Of a stretch of 64,000 nt of DNA, positions 56,753 through 64,000 are shown piece by piece; the stretch's first letter is position 1, and each line of letters begins with the position of its first letter. This DNA comes from a virus (lineage: Duplodnaviria > Heunggongvirae > Uroviricota > Caudoviricetes). The stretch lies in the IMG/VR virus record IMGVR_UViG_3300042860_001920; one strand, given 5' to 3'. The notes under the pieces are model-generated. The model was not told the DNA's origin. It worked only from the letters and a program-made list of their open reading frames with translations, and ran no database searches. Made by a program: the position numbers and the translations under genes.

Positions 56753-56879
56753 CCAACTCTGTGTTAAGCTTGGTCATGACTTCCTTCTCCGTCATACCCC
56801 AAATCTTGTAGGTATCAATGATATCCTCTGGATTCTTGTCACCATCAATGTTATAAATATACACCCGAAAACTCTTCAT
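56712..56879 (-). CDS. Small hypothetical protein
   Basis: Start trimmed to ATG 56879 (RBS AGGA) so it does not run into the promoter repeat. Confidence 0.4.
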   Translation of the reverse strand: MKSFRVYIYNIDGDKNPEDIIDTYKIWGMTEKEVMTKLNTELGEGSDDWSVEEVK

Positions 56880-56914
56880 CTTTATTACTATCCTGTTAAT
56901 GTGTTGCTGTTTAC

Positions 56915-56990
56915 TTCCAACTATTAATAAGTATCTCACAGAGTAATCGATTTGTCAACTACTCTGTGAAATACTCAGGTTTTCTTATCC
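56915..56990 (-). promoter_or_regulatory. Early-promoter repeat family, copy 3
   Basis: Minus strand TTGACA-17nt-GATACTTATTAATAGTTGGAA; -35 hexamer bracketed by inverted repeat CACAGAGTA / TACTCTGTG. Confidence 0.55.
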
Positions 56991-57168
56991 ACGATTCACA
57001 ATCAACCACGCAACTGACACAAGGAACCAATAGAGTACAAAGTTATACGGTACATCCTTTGACCTAATGAAACGCAAGATAATCCAAAATCCATGAATCA
57101 CTGCGATCATCCACGCCATAATCAACGACCAATTGTAAAAAATCTCAAGCATCTTAATATCCTTCTTC

Positions 57169-57882
57169 TTACTTCAAAAGCTGTTCACACTTGAAGTAAC
57201 GCTGACAACGACCTTGGAAGTACTGGTAGTAATCCAAAAGTGAATCAGGAACTTCGGCAATCTTCTGTTCATAAGGCTTAGACTCTTGCGCTCGATTAAG
57301 AGCGATATTAAATCCTTCATACTTATCGAACACATCACCTGCGTTCACATTAACTTTACTCCAACCGATATCGAACCCTGAATCACAGACACCAATACCA
57401 ACGAACACACCAACACGGTTATCATCAACATCCTTGATATACTCGTGGATACTGCAAACCATAGGCTTTGCCACAGGCTGTTCAACAGGCTTCACAAGAC
57501 CTTGGTAATCCGCTTCGGTACAATCCTTCCAATCACCACTCTCAGGAAGATAAGGAATATCCTTGATGATAAGACCGTTGACCACTTCACCAAGATTCAC
57601 ACCATCTTCCTTAATCTCTGCAAACTTACCATCAACAATCTTGGCAAAACGCTTCGCATCATACTTAGATTGTAGATAACGCACATTGGATGCATTAGCA
57701 CCTTTGTACATTGACTTAATGAGACTAACGTTATACTCAAACTTGGCAAGATAAATCGTGCTAAGTTTTCCGTAACGATCGTTAGCTTCCTTGATACCCT
57801 GCTCATCAGGCGTATAGCCATAGAGTGCCACAACGCTATTATCCTTTGTAACTACCACACTAATCGTACTCGACTCTTTCAT
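57169..57882 (-). CDS. Hypothetical protein
   Basis: 237-aa ORF. Confidence 0.5.
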   Translation of the reverse strand: MKESSTISVVVTKDNSVVALYGYTPDEQGIKEANDRYGKLSTIYLAKFEYNVSLIKSMYKGANASNVRYLQSKYDAKRFAKIVDGKFAEIKEDGVNLGEVVNGLIIKDIPYLPESGDWKDCTEADYQGLVKPVEQPVAKPMVCSIHEYIKDVDDNRVGVFVGIGVCDSGFDIGWSKVNVNAGDVFDKYEGFNIALNRAQESKPYEQKIAEVPDSLLDYYQYFQGRCQRYFKCEQLLK

Positions 57883-57901
57883 AATTTTATTCCTTTCTTA
57901 A

Positions 57902-58090
57902 TTAACCTTTAACATTAAACTTCTTGAAAACAACTTTCTTTGCCTGTTCATCAGCTTCGTAACCACTATCAAACAACTCCGACTTCAAACGCATATAGGT
58001 CATTAATTGTCTATGTCCATAACAATCACCAATGATAAGATTATAATACATCTTTGCCAACTGAATCTTTTCTTGTGTCTTAGTTTTCAT
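57902..58090 (-). CDS. Hypothetical protein
   Basis: 62-aa ORF. Confidence 0.35.
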   Translation of the reverse strand: MKTKTQEKIQLAKMYYNLIIGDCYGHRQLMTYMRLKSELFDSGYEADEQAKKVVFKKFNVKG

Positions 58091-58091
58091 G

Positions 58092-58355
58092 TTAATTTTC
58101 CATCACCAATTTACCTTCAAAACGTTCAAATACCCCTTCAATCCAATCAGTACGCCATTCACCCAATTTCTTACTTCTACTATAAGTCTTATTATGATCT
58201 TCACCCACATACATAACTACCCCGCATTTCGGCGCAACAAACAACACTACTACCATTGTCGATGGTAAAAAATCTGGACGCATCATATGTTTTCCCAAAT
58301 AAGGGTAAACAGTTTTTAGACTCTCTGACATTGCTACTTCTAGTTCCGATTTCAT
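58092..58355 (-). CDS. Hypothetical protein
   Basis: 87-aa ORF. Confidence 0.4.
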   Translation of the reverse strand: MKSELEVAMSESLKTVYPYLGKHMMRPDFLPSTMVVVLFVAPKCGVVMYVGEDHNKTYSRSKKLGEWRTDWIEGVFERFEGKLVMEN

Positions 58356-58385
58356 AAACTCCTTTGTTACTTACTTGTTAATACT

Positions 58386-58634
58386 CTACACGATTAAGTG
58401 AACTGTGTCAAATGGTTTCTCAATCTTTTTACGAAAAAATGGCATGTTATAATCTGAATGAAATTTTGTACCAACGTGCCAACGATCCGCATCATGCAAA
58501 CGATGGTCAGTATTGGCGATATAAACATCATTGTATTCTATAATCATACCTTCTTTCAAGACTTCAAGATCATCAGGAATATCAATCGTTACGTGTTCAA
58601 GATACTTCTTCTCATAGCTGAATGTAAATTTCAT
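58386..58634 (-). CDS. Hypothetical protein
   Basis: 82-aa ORF. Confidence 0.4.
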   Translation of the reverse strand: MKFTFSYEKKYLEHVTIDIPDDLEVLKEGMIIEYNDVYIANTDHRLHDADRWHVGTKFHSDYNMPFFRKKIEKPFDTVHLIV

Positions 58635-58712
58635 TTATTTGTATTGCTGTTCTCTGTACCATTCCAAATCGTACTCACAACACTCTTCCACATAATAATA
58701 AATGCTAACATA

Positions 58713-59441
58713 TTAACCTTTCTGAATCAAAGCTTTCTTAACACTTAATTTAATGCCAAACGTCTTAGCCTTCTTAGATACCATACGTGCCTCTTTACGT
58801 GTGTAGTATATAACGGGAATAGCTTTACCATCCTTAACAACTACCCAAAGATTAATCGGTTTGATACGTTTAACCTGTACAGGTTCCTGTACATCAACTT
58901 CTGGTGCTTCATAATCAGTACCATCATATCCACCAGAGTAATCAAAATCTTTGACACCTTCATCATGACCCCAAACATCAAAACTTAGACTATATTTATC
59001 AGCAAATTTCTGGAAAATCACTTCTTGCGGTGGACACCAAGCTGAATTAAAATACATGCATCCATTTCTAAAAGATGCATCATAGGTTCCCCACTTCGTA
59101 CCCCAATTCTTATTAGCCCAATCATACCAGTTATCAACACCTTCTCGCACAAAGATAAAACGTTCTTCTGCTGTAAACTCACGCACACCAATTTTAATAC
59201 CACACTTAGGATATTGTGGATCATCTTCACAATACATTCCATTGGAAGGTGATTGAGTGTGATTAAAAATGTCAGGCATTGGCATCACATCACGACAGAT
59301 TTCATAATCCTTATTCTTGTACAAAGCTTTAACAATAGCCAATTGTGCAGGGTGTGTAAACTCTAACTTTGTTGCATAATGATTTGGCATAATTTTATTC
59401 CTTTCAATTTTCAATATAAATAGCTGACGCAAGACACGCAA
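58713..59441 (-). CDS. Hypothetical Trp/Cys-containing protein
   Basis: 242-aa ORF; true start may be ATG 59390 (MPNHYATK). Confidence 0.45.
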   Translation of the reverse strand: MRVLRQLFILKIERNKIMPNHYATKLEFTHPAQLAIVKALYKNKDYEICRDVMPMPDIFNHTQSPSNGMYCEDDPQYPKCGIKIGVREFTAEERFIFVREGVDNWYDWANKNWGTKWGTYDASFRNGCMYFNSAWCPPQEVIFQKFADKYSLSFDVWGHDEGVKDFDYSGGYDGTDYEAPEVDVQEPVQVKRIKPINLWVVVKDGKAIPVIYYTRKEARMVSKKAKTFGIKLSVKKALIQKG

Positions 59442-59607
59442 TTCCTAACCCAATAAAACTTCCTGCAATTACATGGTCAGTTAGATAACCTATTGAACCA
59501 CAGATAAAAACGAATCCTAATCCAACCAACACAATAACCTTAACCGCATTAAATTTTCCACCAAAATTCATAATTTCGTCTTCCATTTTATTCCTTCGTT
59601 TACACAA
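59404..59607 (-). CDS. Small membrane protein
   Basis: 67 aa with 2 TM. Confidence 0.4.
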   Translation of the reverse strand: MCKRRNKMEDEIMNFGGKFNAVKVIVLVGLGFVFICGSIGYLTDHVIAGSFIGLGIACLASAIYIEN

Positions 59608-59641
59608 CTCAAAATTAAAAAATAAGGGATTTCACAAATTG

Positions 59642-59725
59642 TTCCAAGGGCAGGAATCGAACCTGCTATTCACCTTGATAAAAGGTGCGTGTTTCCCATT
59701 ACACTACCAAACGTCTATCCTTAAT
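59642..59725 (-). tRNA. tRNA-like element (T-arm, anticodon-like and D-like hairpins); acceptor stem noncanonical, CCA not encoded
   Basis: GCAGG-TTCGATT-CCTGC; CACCT-TTTATCA-AGGTG; GTGT-AATGGGAA-ACAC; no clean 7-bp acceptor partner. Confidence 0.35.
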
Positions 59726-59896
59726 TCTGCGCTAGTTGTACAGAGATTTCACTATTGTTCCATCCGACAGGCCGACCAATTCCTGCTTTCGACTCCTGTA
59801 ATGGAGTTGCACATAGTCTAATCGTGCTACGAATGTCTTTCTGCATCCAACTTAAATCAGTGTCTCATAAATTCTTTAAAACGTCAACAACAATTT

Positions 59897-60103
59897 TCAG
59901 ATTTTCTTTTCACCAATCAACTTTTTAATATCCCACGGATGAATACCAACTTCATCATCGATATACACACTAAAACTCTTCTTTGTACCTAAATTCTTTA
60001 CAAAGATGCTTTTAGCAAACCTGCCAGTTACACAATACTCATAACTAGCTTTGTCAATGGTCAACGTTCTACGAATCTTCTTAGGTATCATATTAAGCTC
60101 CAA
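59897..60103 (-). CDS. Hypothetical protein
   Basis: 68-aa ORF. Confidence 0.4.
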   Translation of the reverse strand: MELNMIPKKIRRTLTIDKASYEYCVTGRFAKSIFVKNLGTKKSFSVYIDDEVGIHPWDIKKLIGEKKI

Positions 60104-60311
60104 TCAACGGAATGCGACCACAATTAATACAAATAGGTGTATAATTGTACTGTTCTTTACACACTGGACAAGCATCTTTAAGATCAATAAACACACCTTC
60201 ATTAAAACGGGTTTTAAGAGTCTTAATCAATGATTCTTGTGTCATGAACTGTGAAGACTTCTTATCAAACCATTCATCAACTACTTTATCAATTATTTCA
60301 TCAGTTGTCAT
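60093..60311 (-). CDS. Zinc-ribbon protein
   Basis: CPVCKE...CINCG. Confidence 0.4.
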   Translation of the reverse strand: MTTDEIIDKVVDEWFDKKSSQFMTQESLIKTLKTRFNEGVFIDLKDACPVCKEQYNYTPICINCGRIPLIGA

Positions 60312-60442
60312 AAATCCTTTTCAAAGCTTTATAAAGCTCTCTTAATCTTAATACTCTGCTTATCCTCTTTACTGTTCTTAATAGTCTTTAAAACTTCTTC
60401 ATAACGTCTTAAAAATTATTCACTTCGTTCAGAAGAAAATAA

Positions 60443-60643
60443 TTATAACAAGCTTCTTTCAGATGTCAAATCGTACTGTTTCTTTTTCACTCGTTCCAAC
60501 AATACTTTTGACTCTTCAAGATGTTGATTATAATCTATTTGCGACAAATACGGATTGTCTAAAGAAAATTTCAACAATCTTGCCAATTCAGTGATTATTT
60601 TATCATCTATGCAGTATTTCATATCCCTTCTCCACATCCACAA
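60443..60643 (-). CDS. Hypothetical protein
   Basis: 66-aa ORF. Confidence 0.35.
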   Translation of the reverse strand: MWMWRRDMKYCIDDKIITELARLLKFSLDNPYLSQIDYNQHLEESKVLLERVKKKQYDLTSERSLL

Positions 60644-60673
60644 CCTGAACTACCACAAGATATTGAAGAATAA

Positions 60674-60967
60674 TTAATTATAATCATTACTATATTGACG
60701 TTCCAGTTCAGGAACTTTTAATGCTTTTAGTTTTGATTCTCTTTGTTTATCAATACCACGCAACGTATTATTTTTATTCCATCTTAATATTTCTTTTACT
60801 CTTTCATCCCGAACCTGTGCGTATTCATACATTTGATCTTTTATTTCTTTATTTAATTCTACAATTTTAATATTATATTCCATTGTCATTCTAGTTCTAG
60901 TTTTAACCATAATGGGGTCGTTACTAGTCATTAATTCCTTTGCATTATTATAATATCCTTCCTTCAA
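60674..60967 (-). CDS. Hypothetical coiled-coil protein
   Basis: 97-aa ORF. Confidence 0.4.
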   Translation of the reverse strand: MKEGYYNNAKELMTSNDPIMVKTRTRMTMEYNIKIVELNKEIKDQMYEYAQVRDERVKEILRWNKNNTLRGIDKQRESKLKALKVPELERQYSNDYN

Positions 60968-61039
60968 GCCATGTCGTTCCTGTAAAAAGGAAATTCGTTT
61001 ATAGTATTTATTTTTAAGTTTAATTATTTCTTGATCATA

Positions 61040-61516
61040 TTAATTACTAACAGATAAGCATTGTAAAATTACATATGGAGGTGATTTATAATTCACATCA
61101 GCGTTAGATAATATTGAGTTATATTTGACATTAATGTTAATATATTCCGCATCATAGTCATTCTTTTTAGTTTGATATTCCGCTTGTTTTTGTAATTTTA
61201 TTCTTTCTTTTTCTTCCCGTTCTGCTTTCCATTTTCTATCATTTTTTAAAAATTCTTCATAATATTGACCAGATTTAGCATCTATTTGTCTCTGAATTTC
61301 AGCACTTCTTTTTTGATCAGCTTTGACATCAGAATCATAATAAACATTACCATTATCATCAATATGATGTATTTTATCCTGATGTACGGGAATTGAAATA
61401 AACCAGAACCCCTTCCCATATGAAATATTCGCCAAGATTATAATAGAAATTATTAAAATTAGTTTATTCATCTTTGATATCCTTTTTAATCTCTCTTTTA
61501 CTCGCAAGACGCTCAC
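61040..61516 (-). CDS. Secreted/periplasmic protein
   Basis: N-terminal signal peptide; Lys/Glu-rich. Confidence 0.45.
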   Translation of the reverse strand: MSVLRVKERLKRISKMNKLILIISIIILANISYGKGFWFISIPVHQDKIHHIDDNGNVYYDSDVKADQKRSAEIQRQIDAKSGQYYEEFLKNDRKWKAEREEKERIKLQKQAEYQTKKNDYDAEYININVKYNSILSNADVNYKSPPYVILQCLSVSN

Positions 61517-61616
61517 GCTTTGCTGTATTACGCTTACCGAATGGACGCAAATGTTTCCACCATTCTTTCGCCACTACCAATGTACCTTTACGTTTTGTTG
61601 CCATATTTAACCTTTG

Positions 61617-61685
61617 TGTTTCAACTGTTAAAAGTATGCCACAAGGTAGAATGGTTGTCTATAAATACTCAGGTTTTCTTTTGAA
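61617..61685 (-). promoter_or_regulatory. Early-promoter repeat family, copy 4 (variant -35 TAGACA)
   Basis: Minus strand TAGACA-17nt-CATACTTTTAACAGTTGAAAC. Confidence 0.45.
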
Positions 61686-61829
61686 TAAGCTTCTGATATC
61701 GCTTAACGATACTGGTATACTGCTTTTTAATAAGCTTATATTCAGCTTTGTAGGGGGATTTGTGAGCAAAAGTTAGTGCTTCCTCACTCAGATTTAACAT
61801 CTCACGAAATAGCTTATGTTCGATGGTGT

Positions 61830-62039
61830 TCATGACTTCTTCTCAAATTTCTTATAAACGAACCATACACCCTTTTCGGAATCCGTTGTGCATTCTATAG
61901 GCATCTTACCACATAAGGGTAATCCATCAGCTACGCACCCCGCACACACATCAACATCGTCACCCACTGGTTCAGTAATAGCTTCTGTGATGAAGGTTCC
62001 CTCACCCTCTACATTAAATTTCTGTCCAATCTTCATCAT
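61830..62039 (-). CDS. Hypothetical Cys-containing protein
   Basis: 69-aa ORF. Confidence 0.4.
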   Translation of the reverse strand: MMKIGQKFNVEGEGTFITEAITEPVGDDVDVCAGCVADGLPLCGKMPIECTTDSEKGVWFVYKKFEKKS

Positions 62040-62302
62040 GCTTCCTCATAAACTTTATGTTGAATATATTTATCAGAGTAATCGCCATAGTGTTTAGGAA
62101 TCTCTAGTACACGACTGTCAGGCATCTCTTCCATAAATTTATTACAATTTGGACAATAGTTACCAGAAGATTTCTTATGAATGTAATTGTTATCACAAGA
62201 GCAATCCCAATATTCACTATCCGTGAAGAATCCGTTAAGCGTTGTTCCATGAAGTTCGTACATAAATTTAACATCCACAAGGCGCATGAATACTTGCACC
62301 AA
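62036..62302 (-). CDS. Zinc-ribbon protein
   Basis: CSCDNNY...CPNC. Confidence 0.4.
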   Translation of the reverse strand: MVQVFMRLVDVKFMYELHGTTLNGFFTDSEYWDCSCDNNYIHKKSSGNYCPNCNKFMEEMPDSRVLEIPKHYGDYSDKYIQHKVYEEA

Positions 62303-62642
62303 AATTAATCAAAACCTTCTCACACGCTTTGACAGGTGAATCGAATCCCAAGGTTTCCCAATTATCAATGGCACAGGTCAAAGCTTCCAAAAGCCCTTTC
62401 GTATCAGGCTTGAAGAATGGTTCAAAGTAAGCCACAGCACTACTATAATCAATGTACATCTGACCTTGAGGATTACGCTTTGCACAATTCTGATCGATTG
62501 CATCCTTTGCTTCCTTCAACATCGCACCAGTGATAGAACGATACGTCTTGATAGCTTCGATGTAATTCCCTTGATTCAAAATGAACTTCACACGCTCAAA
62601 TGTCAATTCCGTTCCGTTATAAGCTTTGTAACTCTTTTGCAT
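62268..62642 (-). CDS. Hypothetical protein
   Basis: 124-aa ORF. Confidence 0.45.
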   Translation of the reverse strand: MQKSYKAYNGTELTFERVKFILNQGNYIEAIKTYRSITGAMLKEAKDAIDQNCAKRNPQGQMYIDYSSAVAYFEPFFKPDTKGLLEALTCAIDNWETLGFDSPVKACEKVLINFGASIHAPCGC

Positions 62643-62667
62643 TTTATTATCCTTTGTTAGTAGTTTT

Positions 62668-62740
62668 CGTTCAACTTCAATAAGTCTCTCATATCCCTAT
62701 CAACTTGTCAATAGGATTATGAAATTTTAATGTTTTCTTA
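62668..62740 (-). promoter_or_regulatory. Early-promoter repeat family, copy 5
   Basis: Minus strand TTGACA-17nt-GAGACTTATTGAAGTTGAACG; -35 bracketed by CCTAT / ATAGG. Confidence 0.5.
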
Positions 62741-62944
62741 AACGGCTGATTCAGAGTCCACAAAGTGAAAACATTCGCCATGTGAGTACATGATACGCCC
62801 ATCACCAGTAGGTTCCAAGTGAATCAATTCACCAGTAGTGATAGGTTGACCACAGATAGGACACGCAGGGTTACTCAATTGCTCAAATAATCGATGTGTG
62901 TGAAACAACAGAAAACATTGATTGCATACTTCTGACTTTTCCAT
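62738..62944 (-). CDS. Zinc-ribbon protein
   Basis: Trimmed to ATG 62944 (MEKSEVCNQC ... CPICG) to remove overlap with the upstream gene. Confidence 0.4.
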   Translation of the reverse strand: MEKSEVCNQCFLLFHTHRLFEQLSNPACPICGQPITTGELIHLEPTGDGRIMYSHGECFHFVDSESAV

Positions 62945-62948
62945 AATT

Positions 62949-63203
62949 TTATCCTTTAAGTTTGAAAATTTCGTAATCAGTAAACACAAAAGCTTTATAC
63001 AAAGGTCTATTATCAGATTCATCAAATCCATCACGTTCAACTTCTATCATCCTATTGCCTGAACTAACACAGGCAATTTCAAGCGTTGGATAAATTTGAA
63101 GTTCCTTAATAGAGCGTTCAATCCACTGCATAACATCCGTTTCGGATACCGCTACTGCTTTTGGTGCTTTCCAAAAATCATCACTTCTTTTCAAGATTTC
63201 CAT
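62949..63203 (-). CDS. Hypothetical protein
   Basis: 84-aa ORF. Confidence 0.4.
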   Translation of the reverse strand: MEILKRSDDFWKAPKAVAVSETDVMQWIERSIKELQIYPTLEIACVSSGNRMIEVERDGFDESDNRPLYKAFVFTDYEIFKLKG

Positions 63204-63229
63204 AATATTAATCCTTTATTTAACAAACC

Positions 63230-63484
63230 TTATGAACATTGACAAGTACCATAATCCTGACAACAATGTGATAAATAGGTTTGACAACACGAACACCAAG
63301 TTGCACGACCTCCGCACATATGACAAGTCTCGTGATCCGAACAGAAATAGCCATCATAATTCCAAGCTAATTCTTTTTGAGACATACAAGACCAACAAAG
63401 ACTTACTTCATCACCTTCACACTCAATTTTACCAGTATGTTCCGCTTCACGATCTTTACAACAACTACAGATTACTTTATCCAT
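63230..63484 (-). CDS. Cys-rich (18 Cys) small protein
   Basis: 84-aa ORF with CSCCKD...CWSC...CHMCGG...CSCCQ...CC. Confidence 0.45.
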   Translation of the reverse strand: MDKVICSCCKDREAEHTGKIECEGDEVSLCWSCMSQKELAWNYDGYFCSDHETCHMCGGRATWCSCCQTYLSHCCQDYGTCQCS

Positions 63485-63497
63485 GACACGCTCCTTT

Positions 63498-63578
63498 GTG
63501 TTTCAACTTCAATAAGTATGCACCATGTGTACTAAGATGTCAATAGGCTTGTGAAATACTTAACTTTTCTTATCAAGA
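63498..63578 (-). promoter_or_regulatory. Early-promoter repeat family, copy 6
   Basis: Minus strand TTGACA-17nt-CATACTTATTGAAGTTGAAAC. Confidence 0.55.
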
Positions 63579-63814
63579 CGTTCCCACACATCACGCAATC
63601 TGGAACGTTCTGACCATTCAATAGTTCTAATTAAATCTTGAACAGCCTCATCATAACTCTTAAACATATCATAAGAGTAATCGGCTGAACTACGTCCTGT
63701 TTTAGTGTTCTCCCACTTATATTCACCGATACCATTCTTCAAAATGACGTAACCCTTTGGAACGGTGAGAACTACTTCCACCTTCTTTTTCTTAAATATA
63801 TTAAATAAATTCAT
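63560..63814 (-). CDS. Hypothetical protein
   Basis: 84-aa ORF. Confidence 0.4.
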   Translation of the reverse strand: MNLFNIFKKKKVEVVLTVPKGYVILKNGIGEYKWENTKTGRSSADYSYDMFKSYDEAVQDLIRTIEWSERSRLRDVWERLDKKS

Positions 63815-64000
63815 TTTAATCCTCTCGCTAGAACCTCTGCTTCTGTAATCTTCTTAACATACCCACGATCAAAAGACCAGATATACCATTCGCCAGTATG
63901 CTTATGCTTCCAAGGATAAGGCGCACCTTTTACAAACTCCATTGAAAGACCTCGTGCCTCAATCTCCTTATAAATCTCATGCTGAATAGTTATCGGATAT

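Noticed and set aside
63232-63486. Plus-strand 84-aa ORF that mirrors 63230-63484(-)
   Set aside because: It is an antisense artefact. The minus-strand frame encodes a coherent Cys-rich protein and sits directly downstream of promoter copy 6.

Overview
This window is an AT-rich (~35% GC) accessory region of a large tailed phage, probably a T4-like (Straboviridae-type) myovirus. The evidence is a DenV homologue, a Pnk-like kinase, GIY-YIG and HNH homing endonucleases, a NadV/NatV NAD-salvage pair, several tRNA genes, and densely packed, often translationally coupled small genes almost all on the minus strand. Three short plus-strand islands interrupt this: 53-4699, 6311-6895 and 11267-13500. 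The window also contains the following:
- A family of sigma70-like early promoters, repeated at least six times.
- An RNA-repair and tRNA-maintenance gene set: CCA-adding enzyme, RtcB, Tpt1/KptA, an Rnl-like RNA ligase, a Pnk kinase domain, a CDA-fold deaminase and a DNA-ligase-like enzyme.
- A NAD+/ADP-ribose module: Nampt, a bifunctional Nmnat-Nudix, a type I PRTase, a NADAR/YbiA protein and a macro domain protein.
- A caspase-like C14 protease next to a tail-collar fibre protein.
- A 727-aa GHKL ATPase.

The most novel-looking element is an operon at about 15.7-20.0 kb. A radical SAM enzyme with a C-terminal SPASM/twitch-like cysteine cluster and a noncanonical Cx17CxxC site is followed immediately by five tandem genes. 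All five encode proteins that begin with the same 16-residue peptide, MKIR(N/Q/S)GFVSNSSSSSF, and then diverge completely. I propose this as a previously undescribed phage protein/peptide-modification system. An alternative reading is a T4 IP-like array of N-terminally tagged proteins.
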